Shown piece by piece: positions 25,152 to 32,000 of a DNA stretch of 32,000 nt (positions are counted from its first letter, which is position 1; each line of letters opens with the position of its first letter). Origin of the DNA: Candidatus Poseidoniaceae archaeon. Lineage in GTDB: Archaea > Thermoplasmatota > Poseidoniia > Poseidoniales > Poseidoniaceae. The DNA lies in contig CALSTM010000002.1 of assembly GCA_943789275.1 (NCBI GenBank), positions 540,001 to 572,000 on the forward strand. Reading direction: 5' to 3'. The notes beneath the pieces were generated by a model that worked only from the letters and a program-made list of their open reading frames with translations, searched no databases and was not told the DNA's origin. Both the position numbers and the translations under genes were made by a program.

Positions 25152-27431
25152 TCAAGCCACCCCCCAGATTAGCATGAAGATCGCTAATGTTCCAACAGCC
25201 ACCATGAGAATGTAATCACGTGCAGAGCCGGTGGTCATCGAGCGAACGATGGATGAAAGCGATTGTGAACCGCTCTCAATCGCCTTGATGGTTCCATCAA
25301 TAACTTCACTGTCGGCCTCTGCAGCCTTGTTTGAGAAGCCTGCCACGATGTTGACCATGGCCTTGTCGTAATACTCGTCAATGTAAAGGCGGTTCTCAAG
25401 AGCCGTTGCTAAACTGGATTCAGCAAATGCAGAGTTATCGAAGTGGAATCGCTTGTTGACCCAAGCGCTGAGTTGAATGACTGGGCGCATCCACGGCTTT
25501 GTTTCTTCTCCGTCAGCAAGTTTGCCACCGTAAAGGGCCATAGCAAGTCCAGGACCGACCACAGCACCCAGGAAGATAGCGACATAAGTAAGGATGAAGA
25601 AGAACGCATCCGAATTGGCAAAGGCGTGTTCCAATTCATAAATAAGTCCGTCAAGTAAGCCTTTCTTACCAAGTTCATACGAGTTGTCTGAAGCCCAGTG
25701 GGTAAAGCCCAATCCAGCAAAAATAACCGACGAAAGGGTGACGAAGGTCAAGATGAACAACGGCGTCTTAATCCATGTGTTGGTAGGTCCAACGTGTGCT
25801 GCAATCTCGTTGTTTGGTTTGCCTGCAAAAGTCTTGAACCACATTCGGGACATGTAAAAACCGGTCATGGCTGCGCCGAGTAGAACGCAGGTTGCAGGTA
25901 GGAAGAAGCGTGGGTCGTCTTGAGCGACTCTCCAAGCGTTGGCAATGATGCCTTCCTTCGACCAGAATCCACCAATGAGTGGCAAACCCATAATCGAGGC
26001 TGAACCGACGAGCATTGCGGTAGCGGTAATCGGCATCTTCGAAGCCAAGCCACCCATGTTCTCCATCGATTGTGCATCAAAGTCGTCATCATGGTGATCG
26101 TCGTGATGTCCATCGCCATGGTCGTCATGGTGGTGGAGGTGATGATGCGCATGGTGAACCTCGTGAATCACTGAACCACTGGCCATGAACAGCATACCCT
26201 TGGCCATGGCGTGGTTGAACAGGTGGAAGAGAGCTGCACCGAATGCGACGACGACGATGTAATGAGCGTCATCATCATGATGCCAGTCAAGCGTGTTGGC
26301 GAGATACATTGCGCATCCAAGACCGGTGAAGATGTAGGCCAATTGACTCATCGTTGAGTAAGCTAAGACCTTCTTCAAGTCCATCTGTACAAAAGCGATG
26401 GCCGCAGCCATGACTGCAGTGATACCGCCAATTGCCGCAATGATGAAAGCGAGGTCTTCCAAATCTCCGTGAAGTGATTCTGCTCCAAAGAATGGGAACA
26501 TACGAGCAACAAGATACAATCCAGCGTTAACCATTGTAGCTGCGTGGATGAGGGCTGAAACAGGTGTAGGACCTTCCATTGCGTCTGGCAACCAAACGTG
26601 GAGAGGGAATTGAGCAGATTTTCCAACTGCACCAATGAACATCAAACCAAGAGCCCATTGAAGCGTTCCAGCGGAATTTGCTGCGACTGCATCGATGTTT
26701 TCGGTGGCAAAGACGACCGCATAATCAAGAGAACCGAACAAGTCCCAAAGCATGACAAGTCCAATCATAAGGAAGACGTCGCCAATTCGTGTGGTCATGA
26801 AAGCCTTCTTTGCCGCAGATGCTGCACTTGGGCGTTCGTAATAGAATCCGATGAGAAGGTACGAGCAGAGACCCATGATTTCCCAGAAAATGAACAACCA
26901 GAGGAACGAGTCCGAGAGCACCATTCCGAGCATACCCGAACAAAACAAAACGAATTCTGCATAGAAACGGTGGTTGCGGTTGTCGTTGATTGGGTCCGTG
27001 TTCATGTATCCAATGCTGAACGTGTTGATGAGCAAACACAAGAATGCAGCAACAAACAACAGCATAACGGTCACGTGGTCGACATAAATGCCGAATCCAA
27101 AAGAGACTGGAGTGACGGTGCTACCGCCGTTCCATACCGCCGAATTTACCCACGCAATCTTGTCAGCAACTTCGGGGTCAAACACCTTGAGAGGGTTGAA
27201 GCCGCCTAGGAACTCTGAAATCAAGAGAAGCGAGAGCACCAAGCTGGCACCCATAACGGGTAGAGCAATAAGACCGCCTTCTTTGAGCGTGTTCTTCCAA
27301 AACGGGTTACCGTTGAATACGCGTCCAAGGAACAAGATGACGGCGAAAGCCACCATTGGTAGAAGAATGATGAGGGGGGCGAAATCAAGCCACTCCGATT
27401 GGATTGTTGTCGTAACATCTGTACCTGCCAT
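25152..27431 (-). CDS. nuoL: NADH-quinone oxidoreductase subunit L (with His/Asp-rich loop insertion)
   Basis: ATG at 27431 with GAGGTG upstream. FPLHVWLPDAMEGPTPVSALIHAATMVNAGLYLV and KKVLAYSTMSQLAYIF are typical of NuoL/ND5. Long C-terminal region consistent with the lateral helix plus final TM. Confidence 0.9.
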   Translation of the reverse strand: MAGTDVTTTIQSEWLDFAPLIILLPMVAFAVILFLGRVFNGNPFWKNTLKEGGLIALPVMGASLVLSLLLISEFLGGFNPLKVFDPEVADKIAWVNSAVWNGGSTVTPVSFGFGIYVDHVTVMLLFVAAFLCLLINTFSIGYMNTDPINDNRNHRFYAEFVLFCSGMLGMVLSDSFLWLFIFWEIMGLCSYLLIGFYYERPSAASAAKKAFMTTRIGDVFLMIGLVMLWDLFGSLDYAVVFATENIDAVAANSAGTLQWALGLMFIGAVGKSAQFPLHVWLPDAMEGPTPVSALIHAATMVNAGLYLVARMFPFFGAESLHGDLEDLAFIIAAIGGITAVMAAAIAFVQMDLKKVLAYSTMSQLAYIFTGLGCAMYLANTLDWHHDDDAHYIVVVAFGAALFHLFNHAMAKGMLFMASGSVIHEVHHAHHHLHHHDDHGDGHHDDHHDDDFDAQSMENMGGLASKMPITATAMLVGSASIMGLPLIGGFWSKEGIIANAWRVAQDDPRFFLPATCVLLGAAMTGFYMSRMWFKTFAGKPNNEIAAHVGPTNTWIKTPLFILTFVTLSSVIFAGLGFTHWASDNSYELGKKGLLDGLIYELEHAFANSDAFFFILTYVAIFLGAVVGPGLAMALYGGKLADGEETKPWMRPVIQLSAWVNKRFHFDNSAFAESSLATALENRLYIDEYYDKAMVNIVAGFSNKAAEADSEVIDGTIKAIESGSQSLSSIVRSMTTGSARDYILMVAVGTLAIFMLIWGVA

Positions 27432-27440
27432 TCAAACACC

Positions 27441-27743
27441 TCAGTTCTTCAGGACATCCACGTCGTCCAATGATATCGTTTCGTGCTGGCCGTAAACGGC
27501 AAGGAAAATCGCCAAACCAATTGCAACTTCACTGGCTGCAATAGCGATGGCAAAGAGCGTGTAAACCCATCCGGTCGTATCACCGTGATGGACTGCTGCT
27601 GCTGCAAATTGCATGTTCGCAGCGTTGAGCATCAATTCGATGCACATGAGGACAATAATAGCGTTCTTTCGAGTGAATGCACCACCCAGCCCAATAACGA
27701 ACATCAAAGCAGAAAGTGCGGATACCAATGCTGGGTCAATCAT
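27441..27743 (-). CDS. nuoK: NADH-quinone oxidoreductase subunit K
   Basis: 100 aa with 3 TM helices. IIVLMCIELMLNAANMQF and AIAIAASEVAIGLAIFLAVY are typical of NuoK/ND4L. GGAGGTG upstream. Confidence 0.9.
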   Translation of the reverse strand: MIDPALVSALSALMFVIGLGGAFTRKNAIIVLMCIELMLNAANMQFAAAAVHHGDTTGWVYTLFAIAIAASEVAIGLAIFLAVYGQHETISLDDVDVLKN

Positions 27744-28009
27744 TCCTCTTCACCTCCAAATTCCCAAAGAAGGTTCTCCATTCTCTCGTCACGAACGAGG
27801 TATGCAGCACCAATCATGGCCATCGACATGAGTATGCCGAGGATGAGCAAAGGAAGGGCCCAATCGTTGAGAAGTGAATCGGCAAGACCGCTTGTAGTTG
27901 GATACTCATCACTGCTGTTGGCCCAAACGCTATCAGCGCTGAGAACAGATACGAGAATCATACCAAGGGCGAGCAAACCCATACGGGTGAATAAGGAAAC
28001 AAGTTTCAT
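27740..28009 (-). CDS. nuoJ: NADH-quinone oxidoreductase subunit J, C-terminal half (J2)
   Basis: 89 aa. LADSLLNDWALPLLILGILMSMAMIGAAYLVRDE matches the NuoJ C-terminal TM region. ATG at 28009 overlaps the J1 stop (ATGA); GGAGG upstream. Confidence 0.75.
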   Translation of the reverse strand: MKLVSLFTRMGLLALGMILVSVLSADSVWANSSDEYPTTSGLADSLLNDWALPLLILGILMSMAMIGAAYLVRDERMENLLWEFGGEEE

Positions 28010-28281
28010 TCAAAGTCCTCCTCTAGGATTTGTCTGCGGGTCAACATGATGCCGAACAAGACGACCAAACCGACGCTAGCAAGGTAAACGAGGATCTGAA
28101 TCGCAGCGAGAAATTCTGCACCCAAGAGGATGAAAATTCCTGAAACCGCCATGAAAGAAAAAATCAAAGAAAGCATAGAGTGGGCAACTCTTTGGGCCAA
28201 TACAAGCCCAAGAGCTCCGAGAATCGCAATGGTTGCGAACAAAAAGAACACCCCCGTTTCAGCAACACTTGCGATATCCAT
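28006..28281 (-). CDS. nuoJ: NADH-quinone oxidoreductase subunit J, N-terminal half (J1)
   Basis: I prefer ATG at 28281 (MDIASVAETGVFFLFATIAILGALGLVLAQRVAHSMLSLIFSFMAVSGIFILLGAEFLAAIQILVYLASVGLVVLFGIML), one base after the nuoI stop. The track's longer version would overlap nuoI by 185 nt. Confidence 0.8.
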   Translation of the reverse strand: MDIASVAETGVFFLFATIAILGALGLVLAQRVAHSMLSLIFSFMAVSGIFILLGAEFLAAIQILVYLASVGLVVLFGIMLTRRQILEEDFE

Positions 28282-28282
28282 C

Positions 28283-29272
28283 TCAAGCACTCTCCTCAGC
28301 AGCCTTTGCTTCAGCAGCCTTTGCTGCTTTCTTCGCCCGCTTCGTGCGCTCTTTGGTAGCACGCTTGGCCAACTCAGTATCGACTGCTTCTTGGTGGATT
28401 CCTGGCAAAACACGGGTTCTGCTGGCGTCCATCCAAAGTTCCTGTCGAGTGAATCCGGACATTCCATCGTATTCGTTGGTCATGAAGAAAGAAGTGAAAC
28501 CACATGCTTCCATACACAAACCGCAGAACATACATCGACCCAAGTCAATACGGCCTGAGACGATTTGGTCGTCTGCAACTCGCAAATCAGATTGGTCCAT
28601 CTCGACTTCCTCACCTGAATCGTTCCATCGAACGGTTGCAGTACTCCCTGAAAGGTCGAGCACTTCACCAAACCTCCACTCATTCGGAGTATCGGTGTGA
28701 GCCGTGACGTGATTAAAATCATCGAGTGTTGCTGCCACTTCAGGGAGAAGAGTTGCAGCGTGACCACCGACTTCGAGTTCTCCACCCATGCCGCCGTGTT
28801 CACCATCCGCTCCGTCAAGAACGTCAACACGAAGTTCTGTCGTCATGTGGAGGCAGTCGTTTGGACAAGCAGTAACGCACAATTTGCATGCCGTACATGT
28901 TTCCCAAATGACACCAATTCGGCCGTTGTAGTTACCAGGGACGAAAAGCCATGGCTCCATTTCCTCAAGACGTTCGTACGGGTACTGAACGGTTTGAGGC
29001 TTCCAAAGCGTAGGAAACAGATCAGAGGTAACTCGGTCTGGTGCAAAGGTTTGGACGGTAATGTCGTTGAACTCTGAGGTCTTTCCTGCTCGAGACTTAC
29101 TTCCATCGTCGAGGAACTCAGGGTGTTCGGTGTTGTGGTACCCCCAGTCAAGTCGCTTTCCGAAGCGCTTACCAAAGAATGGGAAGGTTCGAAGAGCGGT
29201 AATCAGGGTAATCTTAAACGGATACCAGAACAGGTTTCTAAAATTCGGTTTTGCGTGTGGATGCATTGGCAT
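28283..29272 (-). CDS. nuoI: NADH-quinone oxidoreductase subunit I (2x[4Fe-4S]) with large insertions
   Basis: ATG at 29272 with GAGGTGA upstream. Two ferredoxin motifs: C126-x2-C-x2-C-x3-CP (CTACKLCVTACP) and C247-x2-C-x2-C-x3-C (CMFCGLCMEACG). Confidence 0.85.
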   Translation of the reverse strand: MPMHPHAKPNFRNLFWYPFKITLITALRTFPFFGKRFGKRLDWGYHNTEHPEFLDDGSKSRAGKTSEFNDITVQTFAPDRVTSDLFPTLWKPQTVQYPYERLEEMEPWLFVPGNYNGRIGVIWETCTACKLCVTACPNDCLHMTTELRVDVLDGADGEHGGMGGELEVGGHAATLLPEVAATLDDFNHVTAHTDTPNEWRFGEVLDLSGSTATVRWNDSGEEVEMDQSDLRVADDQIVSGRIDLGRCMFCGLCMEACGFTSFFMTNEYDGMSGFTRQELWMDASRTRVLPGIHQEAVDTELAKRATKERTKRAKKAAKAAEAKAAEESA

Positions 29273-29283
29273 AATTATTCACC

Positions 29284-30798
29284 TCAGTCCTTGCCCGGAG
29301 TGTGCGTTCCCGCGGGCTGTAATGTGTAAACGTGATACATTCTGTCTGGAGCAGCGTCCTTGTCTTCATCGTTGAGAAGAACGTAGAATACCCCGACCCA
29401 AAGCAGTGTTGTAGCGATGGGGACGAGCATAGGAAAGCCCCAAGCGTCCCATGCATTACCACCTTCAGCAGTGTAACTCAAGTTGTCTGGTTTGAACAAG
29501 TAGAGCCTGTAGAGCGCAGACAGAACGACTTGAACGACCGATAGAGGCAGAAGCATTCTCCATCCGAATTCGAGGATTTGGTCGGTGCGGATACGAGCAA
29601 GAGAGAAACGAGCCCACACGAACACAACGAGGAACACAAGCCATGTCTTGAGCAAGACAACAACAGCGCCAGGAATCAAAACATATGCATCGCCGAGAAC
29701 TGGGATTTGACTGATGGTGCCTTGGAATGGAAGGTGCCATCCACCCAAGAAGAAGTGTGTGAACAAGAAACAGGCAGCGTACGTTCGAATGTACTCTGCC
29801 ATGAACAGCATACCGAATCGCATACCGCCGTATTCAGTCCACCAACCTTCAACCAGTTCAGCCTCAGCTTCTGGCATGTCAAACGGTACACGTTCAACTT
29901 CTGCAATCATGGTCACAAGGAACAAGACAGCGCCAAGCGGCATCAAGAACAGGTTCCATGAACCTGCAGCGTGTTGGAAGTGGATGCTCTCAATGATGTT
30001 GAATGTTCCAGAGAGAATTGCAACCGACAAGAGTGTCAGCAAAAGAGGGATTTCGTATGCCGTTAATTGAGCCGCAGATCGAATTCCACCAATCAATGTG
30101 TACTTGTTGTTGGATGACCAGCCCGCAAAGAAAACGCCGATTGGGGCAATTCCAAAAATGGCAATAGCATAGAGGATGGAAAGATCTGGATTGGTTGCAT
30201 AAATTCCGCTTGAAAGAGGAATAATGCCCAGAATCAGTAGGGTTGAGGACACGATAAGGAACGGTGAGACCTCAAAAATGAGTTTATCTGCACGACGGGG
30301 GACCATGTGTTCCTTCAAAAGAAACTTCATACCATCAGCCACGTTTTGGAAGAAACCTGGCAAAATCGAATAGCCCATCCACGAACGGTTGTTAACACGG
30401 TCAACGGTTGGAAAGTTCTCATCCCTGTTACCGAATTTCTTGTTGAGGAACTTGTTGATGGCACCAACAATACCACCGCCAAACGGCAGCATCTTCCACC
30501 ATTCTCCAGCAGTAACGCCGTTTTCTCCGACCCAAAGAGAACGGAGAGCGGTGGTTGCACCACGACGGTCGTTCATACGAGCCACAGCCTTTCGTTCGAT
30601 CCATAGAATCGCGAATTGACTGAAAAACAGCATCAAAAAGACGATGTTCACGACGGCGAAAGTACCAGCCAAGAAAGCCAAGTCACCTGAGCTTTCTTCG
30701 AGTGGCGTCCCTTCAAGGGCCGATGTAATCAACGAAGAGACAATGCTGTCTTTTCCGAGAAAGATACTGCGTAAATCGTAGATGTCATCCATAGTCAA
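29284..30798 (-). CDS. nuoH: NADH-quinone oxidoreductase subunit H (with loop insertion and C-terminal extension)
   Basis: ATG at 30798 with GAGGTGA upstream. WIERKAVARMNDRRG, FQNVADGMKFLLKE, PFDMPEAEAELVEGWWTEYGGMRFGMLFMAEY and RFSLARIRTDQ are typical of NuoH/ND1. Confidence 0.9.
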   Translation of the reverse strand: MTMDDIYDLRSIFLGKDSIVSSLITSALEGTPLEESSGDLAFLAGTFAVVNIVFLMLFFSQFAILWIERKAVARMNDRRGATTALRSLWVGENGVTAGEWWKMLPFGGGIVGAINKFLNKKFGNRDENFPTVDRVNNRSWMGYSILPGFFQNVADGMKFLLKEHMVPRRADKLIFEVSPFLIVSSTLLILGIIPLSSGIYATNPDLSILYAIAIFGIAPIGVFFAGWSSNNKYTLIGGIRSAAQLTAYEIPLLLTLLSVAILSGTFNIIESIHFQHAAGSWNLFLMPLGAVLFLVTMIAEVERVPFDMPEAEAELVEGWWTEYGGMRFGMLFMAEYIRTYAACFLFTHFFLGGWHLPFQGTISQIPVLGDAYVLIPGAVVVLLKTWLVFLVVFVWARFSLARIRTDQILEFGWRMLLPLSVVQVVLSALYRLYLFKPDNLSYTAEGGNAWDAWGFPMLVPIATTLLWVGVFYVLLNDEDKDAAPDRMYHVYTLQPAGTHTPGKD

Positions 30799-30803
30799 TC
30801 ACC

Positions 30804-31943
30804 TCAACGGTCCGTTTCTCCAATGCACGGGTCAAAACTACCCATAATTGCAGGAATGTCTGCAATCTTGTAACCAATCATCGTCTTGGCAACGTAAGGG
30901 ATGGTGATGAACATCGGTGAACGAATCGATACACGGTATGGATTCTTTCCACGTCCTTCGCCACCGCCTTGGATGTAGAATTGTGATGCACCACGGGTGC
31001 ATTCGTAGTTGCTGAAGCCAGTAGCTCCTTCAGGAGCCCGGGTTGGAGCCTTTGTGTAAATCATCTCATCACCGCTGGCGTAATTTGTATTCTTTCCGCC
31101 AGGAATCTTGTTGAGTGCATCGAGGACCATTCTGCACGATTGGCGCATCTCTTCCATACGGACACGGTAACGGTCGTAGCAGTCTGCGCCCTTGACAGAT
31201 GTCGGCTTCTCAACTGCTGGCTCCCAATCAATTTCATCGTAAACTGAGTACGGGTGAGCCCAGCGGACGTCGTAATTTACGCCGGCAGCTCGGACGTTCG
31301 GGCCAGATACACCAGCCTCGACCATCGATTCCGCATTCGCATAACCAACGCCTTGCAATCGAACAAGCCAGATGGTCGATTCATCGAGCATCATTTCGTA
31401 TTCATCGAGTCGCTTTTCGAACAATTTTGTCTTTGCAATAACGCGGTCAGCAAATCCGATTGGCATGTCGCGCTTTACTCCACCGATACGTGGGTAATTG
31501 TAGTGCATTCGAGAACCTCCAAGTTCTTGGAGAAGGTCGAGGAACATTTCTCGGTCACGCATGCACCATGTCATCAGTGTCAAGTTGCCAATGTCTGGAC
31601 CGAACGCACCGAGCCACATCAAGTGCGATGCAAGCCGTTGTAATTCAGCCGAGATAAGACGGATGTATTCTGCACGAACCGGCACTTCTGCTTCAAGAAG
31701 GTCTTCGGCTGCATAGATGTAGGAGTTTGCCCACGTCATCGCACTGACGTAACAAAGTCGGTCGCAGTACGGCGTCACTTGAGTGAAATCGCGTGCTTCG
31801 CAAATCTTCTCAACGCCCCGATGAATGTATCCAAGTTCGGCTTCGGTATCGACAACTGTTTCACCGTCAACCTTGACGCGAAGTGTCCACAATCCGTGCG
31901 TCATTGGATGCTGGGGTCCCATTGTAATCCACATTTGTGCCAT
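30804..31943 (-). CDS. nuoD: NADH-quinone oxidoreductase subunit D
   Basis: ATG at 31943 with GAGGT upstream. GPQHPMTHGLWTLRVKVDGETVV, LGYIHRGVEK, and C-terminal MGSFDPCIGETDR are typical of NuoD/49-kDa. Confidence 0.95.
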   Translation of the reverse strand: MAQMWITMGPQHPMTHGLWTLRVKVDGETVVDTEAELGYIHRGVEKICEARDFTQVTPYCDRLCYVSAMTWANSYIYAAEDLLEAEVPVRAEYIRLISAELQRLASHLMWLGAFGPDIGNLTLMTWCMRDREMFLDLLQELGGSRMHYNYPRIGGVKRDMPIGFADRVIAKTKLFEKRLDEYEMMLDESTIWLVRLQGVGYANAESMVEAGVSGPNVRAAGVNYDVRWAHPYSVYDEIDWEPAVEKPTSVKGADCYDRYRVRMEEMRQSCRMVLDALNKIPGGKNTNYASGDEMIYTKAPTRAPEGATGFSNYECTRGASQFYIQGGGEGRGKNPYRVSIRSPMFITIPYVAKTMIGYKIADIPAIMGSFDPCIGETDR

Positions 31944-31952
31944 AATAATACC

Positions 31953-32000
31953 TCACTTAACACGGCCCTCGTCCGCTGGCTTACGCATGAATCCTTGCGG
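31953..32000 (-). CDS. 3' end of the upstream nuo gene, probably nuoC (only 15 codons plus stop in window)
   Basis: Hand translation gives ...PQGFMRKPADEGRVK-stop (TGA at 31953-31955), 9 nt before nuoD. The identity is inferred from operon order only. Confidence 0.35.
   Translation of the reverse strand, partial: PQGFMRKPADEGRVK

Noticed and set aside
26598-27209. 203-aa plus-strand ORF inside nuoL
   Set aside because: Shadow ORF antisense to a strongly supported NuoL reading frame.
28282-28467. N-terminal 62 codons of the track's 153-aa version of nuoJ1
   Set aside because: They would overlap nuoI by 185 nt and encode a non-NuoJ-like basic sequence. ATG at 28281, immediately after the nuoI stop, gives a normal NuoJ N-terminus.

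Overview
The window looks like a chromosomal segment from an archaeon. An uncultivated marine euryarchaeote with an acidic proteome is my guess, not a sequence result. The archaeal call rests on aIF1A, a RIO kinase, a Dim2/Pno1-like KH protein, archaeal-type uS2, and a nuo operon that goes straight from nuoD to nuoH with no nuoEFG and has a split nuoJ.

Gene order, left to right:
- 1-2068: a 3-hydroxyacyl-CoA dehydrogenase/enoyl-CoA hydratase fusion gene. It runs off the left edge and is missing from the ORF track.
- 2188-8153: a compositionally mosaic glycosylation island with three glycosyltransferases, a methyltransferase, a truncated glycosyltransferase remnant and a small membrane protein. 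Hand spot counts on single 60-nt lines range from about 32% to about 72% GC.
- 8242-11683: three consecutive winged-helix regulators, followed by dus.
- 11722-12336: rps2.
- 12489-13667: a Cas4/DUF83-like Fe-S nuclease interrupted by a four-helix transmembrane insertion.
- 13669-19173: a cell-surface cluster with a lipoprotein-like protein and two large CARDB/Ig-like proteins. One of them carries a cytoplasmic tail with three zinc ribbons.
- 19199-21675: the KH / RIO / aIF1A ribosome-biogenesis neighbourhood.
- 21779-32000: nuoN-M-L-K-J2-J1-I-H-D, plus the last codons of nuoC.

I found no rRNA, tRNA, CRISPR array, transposase or integrase.

The most unusual items are:
- the membrane-inserted Cas4-like nuclease;
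- an aIF1A with a roughly 110-residue poly-Asp tail carrying seven hydrophobic-FG motifs;
- lineage-specific insertions in NuoL (His/Asp-rich), NuoI and NuoH.

All calls rest on reading the translations by eye. No homology search was run. Several starts are non-ATG in the ORF track and I re-chose them.
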